DNA of 64,000 nucleotides. Origin: Hamiltosporidium tvaerminnensis FI-OER-3-3 (Eukaryota; Fungi; Microsporidia). The position numbers and the translations under genes were made by a program. Below, piece after piece: positions 39,600-50,416 of this stretch. The DNA lies in assembly GCA_022605425.2 (NCBI GenBank), contig JAKIMF020000007.1:868001-932000 (forward strand). The letters run 5' to 3'. Positions within the stretch are counted from its first letter, which is position 1. Each line of letters starts with the position of its first letter. The notes below the pieces were generated by a model. That model ran no database searches. It was not told the origin of the DNA and was given only the letters and a program-made list of their open reading frames with translations.

Positions 39600-39875
39600 G
39601 GTATAATAAAAAGTTTCATTTTTGACTGTATGTAGCAAAAATATCTAAAACTAGGAAAATTTGTATACAAATACACCTTTTCCACAATGATCTTTTAACT
39701 TTTATGTATCTTTATTTAAAATAGCGGTTAAACACGTAAATAATTGCTATAAGAAAATATACAAATCTAGCTTTGCTCCTTTCGGTTAGAAGACTAGGCA
39801 CTTGCAGAATGCAATAAAAAATAAATATAAAAAATCCGGAAAGTTAATTTTCGGTTATATATGTTTTTATAGAGT
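39600..39875 (+). mobile_element. Fragment of the ~720-bp element
   Basis: ctagctttgctc..ggttagaagact.ggc.c matches the element interior. Confidence 0.55.
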
Positions 39876-39929
39876 TTCGAGCCTGAATGAATTTATTTTT
39901 ATTGCAGAAATATCATTGCTATAAGTCAA

Positions 39930-40600
39930 TTAGGTCTAGTAAGTTTAGAACAAGTAGAAAGGCTTCTGGTTCGAAAGAGAAATTGCAAAATAAGTTTTGA
40001 TCTTAGATCATACTTGAAACATCTATATTGACAAAAATAGTGGAAGTTTTACGCTCATAAAATAGGTTTTGTCTGGCTTCTACGTGAACAATATTCAAGA
40101 TTTTAGTATCTTAGGGAATATGAGGAAAAATCGATGAAACAATTATCTATGTAAAACTTAGAACTTAGAACTAAGCTATGCCATAAAGAACATAATACTT
40201 GACACACCAAAAAGGACTGTGAATTTTTAATAATGCTTCTATTATGTATCTTAATAGACTATGGATATCCATGAACGTAGAAGCATATTATTTCTATATT
40301 TCTCAAAAAATGATTGAAAATTTCTTTTAATTAAAAATGTGTTAAGAATCGGGACAAACTGTTGATGAAAACCGATAAAAACCTTAATATACGTACAAAG
40401 GATTGAGAAAACGAAGATAATGTACCTTACATAGATATAAGTAATAAAATCAAGATGCTTTTATGTAAATACCATTTCGAAAAAAACGCTGGCTGTAGAT
40501 AAAATGCCAAAAAAAAAACAAAGACTTAAAATATAGAAATAAGTCAAGTATAAAGAGAGGGGAATGAAATCAACTTAAACTTACATGAAAAGTAGCCGTA
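39930..40600 (+). mobile_element. Very degraded 3' fragment of the RLE-type LINE
   Basis: catgaacgtagaagcatat..ctcaaaaaatgattgaaaatttctttt resembles 23643-23706. Confidence 0.5.
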
Positions 40601-41573
40601 TTAAATAAATCTACGATCTGAAATTTTATCATTTTTTACCCTCCTATTATGGATTTAGCAACAAATTTACGAAACTGTATAAACAATTACAATGAAATTT
40701 TAATAAATTTTAACAAACTATAAAAAAATCCTTAAATTTACTCTAAACCTTTAAAATTAAAGCGGTTGGAAATAACCAATAATTTTATTTTTTCAGTTTT
40801 TAAATCAATTATATTCGTTGAGAATACTTAAAAATTTCATTTCAGTTTTTTAGAAAAATAAATTTATATTTTTACATTATATTTTATACTTTTTAGTTAA
40901 ACTCATATAATGTAAAATCAATCCACCAATTAGCCTTTTCATCCAGTCTGGTATTTTATTTCGTATTCAAAGAATACATCCCCCTTCATTCTATCTTCAT
41001 TATTTTGCCTTACTATTAACCAATGGTAAAGCAACGCAGAAATTTTCTTCATGCTAAGTAAAATGAGTGTAATTCAAAACAAAATATTTATTTGTTTTTT
41101 GGCTGAAAAGATTATTTGAAGCATTCAGCAAACTTTTATAAATCAATAGAATTTAAAATTTAAAAAAATAAGTAAATAATAAATTAAATAATTAAATAAA
41201 TTCCAAGTTAAAACTTCTTCAAAAACTTTATCAATTTCCTTATATGTCTTTACCTCCTACCATGTATTCTTCTACATCCAACTCTTTATTTATAATAATC
41301 TTCGAGTCCTCATATTTAGTTCCTCCTTCTGTAATATGGAATGTAAGATATTTCTTAAACTTATCAAACACCATCTTCTCAGTTATTTTCTCTTTTTAAA
41401 ATAGGTTTTGGTTTTTCATCTATCTCAGATATCTTAATATCACCTATTTACACTCTTTTCACATCTCGCTTCAGAATTTAGTCCATACTTAAGTAATATT
41501 CTTCTATAAATCTAAATAATTTTCACTGTATTCTTAATTACTAACTTCTTAATATGTGCTCTACATTATTAAG

Positions 41574-41980
41574 TACTTACAATATTTTCAAAGTATGACT
41601 TACAATATTTTCAAAGTATGACGTATAATATTTTCAAAATATGACTTATAATATTTTCAAAATATGACTTACAATATTTTCAAAGTATGACTTACAATAT
41701 TTTCAAAATATGACTTATAATATTTTCAAAATATGACTTACAATATTTTCAAAGTATGACTTACAATATTTTCAAAATATGACTTATAATATTTTCAAAA
41801 TATGACTTATAATATTTTCAAAATATGACTTATAATATTTTCAAAATATGACTTATAATATTTTCAAAATATGACTTACAATATTTTCAAAATATGACTT
41901 ACAATATTTTCAAAATATGACGTATAATATTTTCAAAATATGACTTATAATATTTTTAAAGTATGACTTACAATATTTTA
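41574..41980. repeat. 23-bp minisatellite, ~17 copies
   Basis: Unit tgactta(c/t)aatattttcaaa(g/a)ta repeated head-to-tail with no spacers. Confidence 0.95.
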
Positions 41981-42169
41981 TACCAATATTTTCCAAATCA
42001 TCACATATAACAGATTATCTAACCACTACTACATTTATAAATAAAACCTAACTCATTCTTTAAAAGTAAACAGAAATATAAGATTAGTATAATAAAACAT
42101 TATTTTTATATTAAAAATAAAATACAGATGAACCAACAATATAAGTCTTATACAAAAAAATTATAATTT

Positions 42170-42790
42170 ATAAGAAATAAAATGTTATAAGAAATACATT
42201 ATATATTCTCATAAGAATTACTACTTTAAACACTTATATTTATAAGAAATAGTCTTATAAGAAATAAAATGTTATGAGAAATACATTTTAAGAACTATAA
42301 GGTATTTGAACACTTATATTTATAAGAAATAGTCTTATAAGAAATAAAATGTTATGAGAAATACATTGTAGGAACTATAAAGTATATAAAAAGTATTTTG
42401 GGATGTATAAAAACAATATTTAAGTAAATAAAGGGTTTAATAATACTAAATAGTATTAAAGGGTTTTAAGACACTAAATAGTAAATAAAGGGTTTTAAGA
42501 CATTAATAAGTAAATAAGAGGTTTTAAGACACTGAATAGTAAATAAGAGGTTTTAATATACTAAATAGTAAATAAAGGCTTTAAGACACTAAATAGTAAA
42601 TAAGAGGTTTTAATATACTAAATAGTAAATAAAGGGTTTAATATACTAAATAGTAAATAAAGGGGGTTAATATACTAATAAGTAAATAAAGGGTTTTAAT
42701 AATACTAAATAGTATTAAAGGGTTTTAATATACTAATAAGTAAATAAAGGGTTTAATAATACTAAATAGTAAATAAAAGGCTTTAATAGA
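42170..42790. repeat. Tandem repeats: 80-bp duplication (42231/42311) and a ~29-30-bp array (42420-42790)
   Basis: cacttatatttataagaaatagtc.. occurs twice; taaatagtaaataaagggttttaatatac-like units occur ~12 times. Confidence 0.9.
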
Positions 42791-42880
42791 GTATTACTAA
42801 ATAACACCCTATAATATCTAATTACAAAATAACACCTTAAAATATAATACCAAATAAACACCTTTAATAACGTATATCCC

Positions 42881-43160
42881 CTCTCCTAACACCCCCTACT
42901 CCCTTATACCTACCCCCTGTCCTTTCTGCCAAATTTGTAAAATATTATCCTCTCCTAAAACCCCCTACTCCCTTATACCTACCCCCTGTCCTTTCTGCCA
43001 AATCTGTAAAATATTATCCTCTCCTAAAACCCCCTACTCCCTTATACCTACCCCCTGTCCTTTCTGCCAAATTTGTAAAATATTATCCCTCTCCTAACAC
43101 CCTCTACTCCCTTAGACCTACCCCCTGTCCTTTCTGCCAAATCTGTAAAATATTATCCTC
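42881..43160 (-). repeat. 4 x 69/70-bp tandem copies of the RbAp48-like gene's 3' end including the stop codon
   Basis: Unit starts on + at 42881, 42950, 43019 and 43089. Each encodes (E)DNILQIWQKGQGVG(L/I)RE* plus ~12 nt. Confidence 0.95.
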
Positions 43161-44813
43161 AGCCACACTAGCAATCTCCCAAGGTTCAAGTGGATTAAAA
43201 CTAAAATCACAAACACTATTCGTATGTCCACCATGCATAAACAACAACTCAGGGGGACCATCCATAGATACATTATCCTTTGATATACCATCTTTACTAT
43301 CCTTTGATATACTATCCTTATCCTTACTATCCACACTACCACCTACACTACCACTACTCAAATCCCATATGCACACCCTTCTGTCTGCACTTGAAGATGC
43401 TAACACACTACCAAAATGAGGAGACCACTGTACCTGTAAAACCTCTTTCTTATGCCCAACCAACGTATACAAACACTCCTTTCCATTCCTAATATCCCAC
43501 ACCTTAACACTTCCATCCTTACCACCAGTAACCACCATATTCTCATCAGAACAAGAAAAATCACAACAAAAAATATCACTTGAATGTGCTTTCTCTACAA
43601 CCATACAACACGTATACATACGAGTATCCCATATCACTACTCTTCTATCATCACCTACACTACATCCTACATGTCCATTAAAATAATTAAATGTACAGTC
43701 ATTCACTACAGACGTATGTTTTTCTAATTTTGAAATTACTTCTTTTCCTTCTTCGTTTATATCAAATATACATACTAATTTATCTTCTCCAGTACTCATT
43801 AACTCACCATTTTTTATTTTATTCCAACACAACCCATAACCACCCCCAGTATGTCCCTTAAGCTCAAGCGTAGGATTAGTATGTGTGTTAGTTGTAGTAT
43901 TAGTAGTATTAGTAGTAGGGTTATTAGTATTAATAGTACTACTGTTAGTATAAGGATTATTACTACCCCTACTACTATTAGTTGTAGGGTTACTGTTATT
44001 AATAGTACTACTGTTAGTATAAGGATTATTACTACCCCTACTACTATTAGTTGTAGGGTTACTGTTATTAATAGTACTACTGTTAGTATAAGGATTATTA
44101 CTACCCCTATTACTATTAGTATAAGGATTATTACTATTACTACTATTACCACCAACCCAACTACCACTACTCTCACCACACATACTAAGGTACTTGGTAT
44201 AATCATATATGTGTATCTCTGGGTGATCACTACGTATAGCTATTATATTACTAGCAAATGGACAGTACCTAGTACGATTAACCTCATAAATAACAGGTAT
44301 CTGTTGTACAACCTTAATCTTATTATAACACAAGAAGCCATCAGTGGTAGTATTGTTAGTATTAGTGTTATTGTTAGTATTTATATTAGTGTTATTGTCA
44401 GTTATATCTTTATTACTGTTATTACTTATATCTTTATTTATATCTTTACTGTTATTACCAGACTTACTACCAACAATACTACCAGACTTACTACCAACAA
44501 TACTATCAAACCCACTACCCTCATATCCCTCATATCCTTCAATTATCTCATCAGGGAAGGTTACTGATACAATCTTAATATATTCTGTATCTGAATTACT
44601 AGTATGTGTACTAAGTAATAACCGTTGTGTAGTTGTATTATTAGATTCATTACGTATAGAATCTGGAAACCATTGTATACTAAGTGATGGCCAATTAAGT
44701 GCATGTGTTAGTAATATATCATATAAGTATGGTACATTCTTTCTCCATGTTTTGTATTCTTCGTTTATCATTTTGTGTTCAAGATTGTTAAAACTGTCTA
44801 TTTCTTCTGTCAT
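43104..44813 (-). CDS. RBBP4: Histone-binding WD40 protein RbAp48/RBBP4/MSI1/HAT2-like with low-complexity insertions
   Basis: INEEYKTWRKNVPYLYD..THALNWPSLSIQW, VNRTRYCP, GPPELLFMHGGHT and ASVAEDNILQIW motifs. CCC upstream of ATG. Confidence 0.95.
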   Translation of the reverse strand: MTEEIDSFNNLEHKMINEEYKTWRKNVPYLYDILLTHALNWPSLSIQWFPDSIRNESNNTTTQRLLLSTHTSNSDTEYIKIVSVTFPDEIIEGYEGYEGSGFDSIVGSKSGSIVGSKSGNNSKDINKDISNNSNKDITDNNTNINTNNNTNTNNTTTDGFLCYNKIKVVQQIPVIYEVNRTRYCPFASNIIAIRSDHPEIHIYDYTKYLSMCGESSGSWVGGNSSNSNNPYTNSNRGSNNPYTNSSTINNSNPTTNSSRGSNNPYTNSSTINNSNPTTNSSRGSNNPYTNSSTINTNNPTTNTTNTTTNTHTNPTLELKGHTGGGYGLCWNKIKNGELMSTGEDKLVCIFDINEEGKEVISKLEKHTSVVNDCTFNYFNGHVGCSVGDDRRVVIWDTRMYTCCMVVEKAHSSDIFCCDFSCSDENMVVTGGKDGSVKVWDIRNGKECLYTLVGHKKEVLQVQWSPHFGSVLASSSADRRVCIWDLSSGSVGGSVDSKDKDSISKDSKDGISKDNVSMDGPPELLFMHGGHTNSVCDFSFNPLEPWEIASVAEDNILQIWQKGQGVGLRE

Positions 44814-44954
44814 TTGTAGAAGGGTTATTTGTATGAAGGAATATTAGTATTTTGTGGGTGGTGTTAGTATATTGGTATTAGATGGGTGGTGTTAGTATAT
44901 TGGTATTAGGTGGGTGGTGTTAGATGTAAGTATATAGGTATTAGAGGATAATAG

Positions 44955-45069
44955 TATAAGACATAAGAACATAAGAGTATAAGAGGATAAGAATATAAGA
45001 GTGTACAAATACTTTATATTATTACTTTTATATTCTTATATCTTATACTCTTATGTCTTATGTCTTATA
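44955..45069. repeat. Imperfect inverted repeat (~47-bp arms, ~21-nt spacer) between divergent genes
   Basis: tataagacataagaacataagagtataagaggataagaatataagagt (44955-45002) pairs with acttttatattcttatatcttatactcttatgtcttatgtcttata (45024-45069). Confidence 0.8.
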
Positions 45070-45593
45070 TAAGTTCTTTATTAAAGAATAGAAATAAAAA
45101 TTTTATTAACTGTAATAATTATAAATTTTATTTTAAAATATTCACTTCTGTAAGACTTACAAATTATAAAACTATGATTATAAATTTTATTTTTTAAAAT
45201 ATTATTCACTTATATTACAATAAAAAAACCAAGAAATTATTTTATTTTTTAAAACATATCCTCTCCTATTACAATAAAAACTTTAGAACTATAACACTAT
45301 AACACTGTTCTACTAAAAAACCAATATATATTTTTCAAAACTCCATCCTACTAATAAAAAACCAATTAATTATTTTATTTTTTAAAACTCTATCCTACTA
45401 ATAAAATTTTGAAACAAATATTTTATTTTAACATTTTATCGTACTGAAAAACAAATAAATATATTTTTATTTTTTAAAACTCCATCCTACTGAAAAAGAA
45501 CCATTAAAATAAAAATATAAAATACCATTTTTTTTTTCTAGAAATTTCTTTCACTTTTTTATTTTTTTCTAGAAATTTCGTAAGAATAAATAA

Positions 45594-46791
45594 ATGGAAA
45601 AAAAATATTTTTTTATGGATCCAAAGGGATATTACAATCTACTTGGTATACAACCAAACTCATCAAAAGAAGAAGTAAAGAAAGCATATAACCGTAAACA
45701 AAAAGAATATCACCCAGATTTTGGTACAAAATCTAAAGAAGCTAACCAAATAAAAGATGAAAAAATACGATCACAAAAACTTAAAGAATTACATGACACT
45801 TCAGTAAAACTAAATGAAGCTAAATCTATATTATTTGACGATGAAAAGAAAAAGATGTACGATTCTGGTATTACAGATGATCATTCTTCTTTCGACACAT
45901 CTTCTATTTTTGATATATTTGCACAATTTGGTGGTCGATCTTCTCGTACCAGACAACCTAAAAAAGCAGAAGATACCACTGTTAAAGTATGTATATCTTT
46001 AAAAGAGTCATTTACTGGTAAAGAAACCAAATTTAAAATTAAAAAAAATAATATTTGTATTACTTGTAAAGGTAAAGGAGCAGAAGATACAAAAACATGT
46101 ACCAGATGTAATGGTGTAGGTAAAATACAATCAGAAATACGAAGAGGTATTTTTATAACAATAGAAGAAAGAGAATGTGACACATGTAAAGGAGAAAGAA
46201 GTATACCAATAGGTAATACATGTATTACATGTAAAGGTAAGAAATACACACAATCAGAAAACATTTTAGAATGTAAAAATACGTGCAGGAGTTAAAGAAG
46301 GAGAAAAAATTGTGTTTAGTGGTATGGGAGATGAAAAGGTTAATTGTAAAACAGGAGATATTATTTTTATTGTAAGTGTTAAAGATTCAGATAAAAATAA
46401 ATCTTTGTTTAGTAGAATAGGAGATGATATTTTGGCTGAAGTTAAAGTTGATTTAATTACTGTTTTAGTTGGAGGTTCTTTGTATTTTGAACATTTGGAT
46501 GGAAAAGTTTTGGAGATTTTTGTTGAAAAAATACGTAATTTTGAAGAGTGTGTTGTTTTGCAGGGAGAAGGGTTTTTGGGAGAGAAGGGTTCAAGAGGTA
46601 ATTTATATTTAAAACTTAATTATATAATTCCTAGAAATTTTGATAAAGAGAAGTTGTTGAGTGTTATACCACCTACACTTAGTAGACCTGGTAAGGTAAA
46701 TGGAAGTGTTAAAGGTAGGTATGGGGCTGTACCTGTACAAGAAGAAGAGGAGTATGAAAATGTAGGATTTAGAGGTTTTAGTTTCTTTTGA
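45594..46791 (+). CDS. Type I DnaJ/Hsp40 (Ydj1-like); one +1 frameshift in the A5 run at 46275-46279; start may be 45615
   Basis: J domain with HPD, four CxxCxGxx repeats, and a C-terminal domain in ORF 46312..46791. Deleting one A gives ILECKIRAGVKEGEKIVFSG. Confidence 0.92.
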
Positions 46792-46846
46792 GTGTATTGG
46801 AGTGAAGTGGGAGGGTGTTAGAGTGAGGGGGGGTATTGGAGTGAGG

Positions 46847-46990
46847 TAAGTAGTAAGATAAGTAGTAGTAAGATAAGATAAGTAGTAATAAGATAAGTAG
46901 TAATAAGATAAGTAGTAATAAGATAAGTAGTAATAAGATAAGTAGTAGTAAGATAAGTAGTAATAAGATAAGTAGTAAGATAAGTAATAA
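46847..46990. repeat. ~15-bp minisatellite (taagataagtagtaa)n downstream of DnaJ
   Basis: Direct tandem units visible in the sequence. Confidence 0.9.
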
Positions 46991-47271
46991 TGATGGTATA
47001 AGTAAAATAATAAGGTATTAATTAAGATAAGATTAATATTAATAAGGATAAAAGGGTAATACTTATATTAAGATAAAAGGTATTAAGATAAGATTATATT
47101 CTTAAATTCTTGGTAAGGGTTATTTAATTTTTAATAAAAGAATTATTTTTATTTCTATTTTATAAGAAATAATACTTAGTGTATTAAGAAATAACCCCTT
47201 AGTTTATTAGAAATAATACTTAGTTTATTAGAAATAATACTTAGTTTAAATATTTCTATTTTATAAGAAAT

Positions 47272-47995
47272 CTTTATTTAAAAGTATCACATCTTTTTAA
47301 AACAGTGGCAAGTGTTATATTTGTTTTCATGAGATTAACGCAGTTCTAGGTTTAACATAAATAACTGCTACCCCAAAACTTCATCAGTAACCCCTGCGAT
47401 ACCTACGTGCTCAAAGCCTTTCATCTACCAGGTGTGTAGAGCTTAATTACTAGGCGAGGCAGTTGCCCGGAGTTCGTTAATGTCCGTTGCATGGAGTGTG
47501 ATCGAAAGCCGAAGCTCATTCATTCTGTGGCTATCAAGACTATGTGGATTCCTTCTTACTCTACACTTATCGAACCTTATAAGCTTCCGGTAAAATATAT
47601 CTCGGAGACTATTGTGAGTTTACTTACATAGGAAATTTCATACCAACAGGTATAACATGCTATTTAGCTTCCGCGTTATAAAGGTTTTTAATTTATATCT
47701 CTAAGGCCTTAAGTCTTCTAAGCCGAGTGAGCAAGGCTAGGTTTCCATGCTTTTACATGGCCATTACCTACATGTTCAGCTGCAGTCTGTAATCTGGTTA
47801 CATAAAAAACTAAAAATAAATTTGTAGAAAAAGTTTCGCCATTTCTTAGACTTCTCCTCCTCATAATAATTCCCATGAAACAACCGAAGATGTAGTTTGG
47901 TTTTATTCCCACCAAAAATCCAATCAATGACCTCACACCAGTTCCACACACTCATTGCCAAGCAGATAGTTTTTTATGTGGTTATCCTCCCTCCA
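47272..47995 (-). mobile_element. Young copy of the ~720-bp non-coding element
   Basis: Same termini as the other young copies (ctttatttaaaa ... ccctcca). The central ~47515-47710 segment is more diverged. No clear TSD. Confidence 0.92.
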
Positions 47996-48094
47996 AAACA
48001 AATATGTTTTTTAACAAGGTATTTTCTACGTTTCTAAATGATAAAGAATATCTTAAATTTTACAGAAAAAAAATCTGTTTATTAATTAAGAGTT

Positions 48095-50416
48095 TTAAAT
48101 GATATATAATTTTTGAGTATTAAGATGAAGATATTCTTTTAATAAACCTATTTCAATCCAAAATTTTGATGAAATATGAATTACTAATTCTAAAATTGAT
48201 TTGGATTTATCTAATCTTAATAATTTTAACCATTCTATAAGCTCTTTAGGAACATTATATATTTGGAGTTCTAAATGTTTTAGAAAAATACATTTTGAAA
48301 GAAATTTTATATCAGTTGCGGTCAAAAACATCTTTTTAAGAAATATTTTTTCTAGTTTGTATGATTTATTACTATCAAATAATTGTGAAAAAGATATATC
48401 AGTGAATTTACAATTATAAAGATACAAATAAATTAAGTTTTTACATTCTTGTAGTGAATACATATCGCTTTTACCTATTTTAAATTTGGTTATTGATAGT
48501 ATTTGGATGTATTTTAAGTTTTTATCATAAAATAATTTATGAATAGAGCCATAACTATACTCTTTGCCTATACGTAAACTAGTAACTGATTTTAAATTTG
48601 AAATATCTGGTATATCATTCTTATATTTGTTTTCATCGAAAAGATATAGGTTTTCGAGATAATTTAAAGTGATTTTATTGTTTTGCGAATAATGATTGAA
48701 AATATTTAAGTTGGTATTTTTTCGAAGATCCATTGATTTTAGATTGGGCATACAATTAACAAAATCTATAATTTCTTTAGAATTATCAATGAAAGTATAT
48801 AAAAAGGATAAAATTTTCATATTCTCGTGCCTTTTGTATAAAATCTTTTGACCAGAAAGAACTTTACAGCTGGAAATATTTATATCTTCCAAATTAGGAA
48901 AAATCAGAATATCGGCTAAAAATTTATTGGTTAATATTGAACCCCAGATAGATATCTTCCTAATATTTTTATATATACACGCATTTTCTATAATAAATCC
49001 TTTTATATAAATATTTTGTATTATAATAGAAATTTCTTTGGCTATATGTGAAGAATTTAAAACCGAAAACGAGAATCGAAAAACAGATGAATCAAACTGT
49101 ATCGTGCTAAAAAAATATGTCTGATATTGCTTGGTTTTAAACTCAAATGGTGTAATTAATGACTCATTTGAAGTCAATAATGAATTCTTATCTATATTTT
49201 CAAATATATATGGTTCATTTGTATTTATAGTCACAAAATTATCAATATTTTTCTTACTTTTTATCTCAAAATATAGTGGTGAAATCATATTTTGTATATA
49301 AGGATATATTTTATCGAGATTTTCGATACCATTCGAATATGAATCAATTAAATATATATTTTTTAAAGATTTTAAATTATTAAAAAAACTTTCCGAAAAT
49401 GACAAAAAATCGCAACTAATAAAATAAATTGACTCTATATTTTGAAGAATAAAATTTCTAGCTAATGACTCGAAAAAATTCATATCCAGCCAGGAATGAA
49501 AATATAGTACTTGAGCATTTGAAAATAACAGATATTGTGTATCATATGAAACATGATTGAGTGAATCGTGACTTTTTACAAATATTTTTTGAATTCGTAC
49601 CTTTTGGAAAATAGTTTTTAAACTATATTTAAATTCTGGATTGAATATCAAGCACCTGTCTATCTTAGCCAATAAATCCGAACTAAAATATATAAATTTT
49701 ATCTTTATCATAGAATTTATATCAAAACTATGCTTCAAAATATTTGTAATCTCATCTTCAGAAATCTTTTGATCAAAAAATTTCTTATCAAAAATATATA
49801 TTTTAATAAATTCACAAAATAATATCTTTAAAAACGATATAGATACATCTTTTTGTACACATGAACCGTCTTTTGTGTCGTTTATTTGGTTGGAGAAAAT
49901 TGTTGGAAGTAAAATTCTACGAATGAAACGACCGTAATTCTTATTTTTTTCAAATTCAAAAATATCAATTATGTTTACAATCATCAAAAATTTTTCGATT
50001 CTTAAACTTTCATTCAGCTCAGAAGTATTCATTAAAATTCTAATAAAATATGAAAAATCATCGTATGTTACTACTTCTCTTCTTATAAATGCATGGACAT
50101 CTGTTTCTTCTCCTGCAACACTCTTGAATTTCAAAGGAAAATCTTTAGATTTTTCTATGATTATTTTTTTACATCTGAAACAGTTATTGTGTTGGTAGCA
50201 ATTGAATTTTTTCTCAATGAACCTGGAATGCTCTATGTCTTCTCTTTTATAACAATCTATATCAGTAGTTTTGCATTCATTTTCGTCATATAAATGAAAA
50301 ACCATCCGACTTTCTACTTTTAAACCAACAATTAACAAAACAACCATAAAAAACAGTGAAGAGTTTTTTCCATAAATAATTGCAGATGAAATTGTATTTG
50401 TAAAGACTTCATGCAT
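48095..50416 (-). CDS. 773-aa leucine-rich-repeat-like protein, distant family member of 24829..27147
   Basis: Intact ORF with CCC-ATG, a hydrophobic leader, the shared YxDFSYF motif and LRR-like repeats (FPNLEDINI, MPNLKSMDL, LKHLEL). Confidence 0.85.
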   Translation of the reverse strand: MHEVFTNTISSAIIYGKNSSLFFMVVLLIVGLKVESRMVFHLYDENECKTTDIDCYKREDIEHSRFIEKKFNCYQHNNCFRCKKIIIEKSKDFPLKFKSVAGEETDVHAFIRREVVTYDDFSYFIRILMNTSELNESLRIEKFLMIVNIIDIFEFEKNKNYGRFIRRILLPTIFSNQINDTKDGSCVQKDVSISFLKILFCEFIKIYIFDKKFFDQKISEDEITNILKHSFDINSMIKIKFIYFSSDLLAKIDRCLIFNPEFKYSLKTIFQKVRIQKIFVKSHDSLNHVSYDTQYLLFSNAQVLYFHSWLDMNFFESLARNFILQNIESIYFISCDFLSFSESFFNNLKSLKNIYLIDSYSNGIENLDKIYPYIQNMISPLYFEIKSKKNIDNFVTINTNEPYIFENIDKNSLLTSNESLITPFEFKTKQYQTYFFSTIQFDSSVFRFSFSVLNSSHIAKEISIIIQNIYIKGFIIENACIYKNIRKISIWGSILTNKFLADILIFPNLEDINISSCKVLSGQKILYKRHENMKILSFLYTFIDNSKEIIDFVNCMPNLKSMDLRKNTNLNIFNHYSQNNKITLNYLENLYLFDENKYKNDIPDISNLKSVTSLRIGKEYSYGSIHKLFYDKNLKYIQILSITKFKIGKSDMYSLQECKNLIYLYLYNCKFTDISFSQLFDSNKSYKLEKIFLKKMFLTATDIKFLSKCIFLKHLELQIYNVPKELIEWLKLLRLDKSKSILELVIHISSKFWIEIGLLKEYLHLNTQKLYII

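Noticed and set aside
41574-41980. CRISPR-like regular array
   Set aside because: The 23-bp units are contiguous with no unique spacers, there are no cas genes, and the context is eukaryotic.
43814-44847. Long V/I/L-rich overlapping ORFs (also 58437..58823, 58974..59330, 59667..59972, 60400..60594, 57763..58140)
   Set aside because: These are alternate-frame or antisense shadows of low-complexity repeats.
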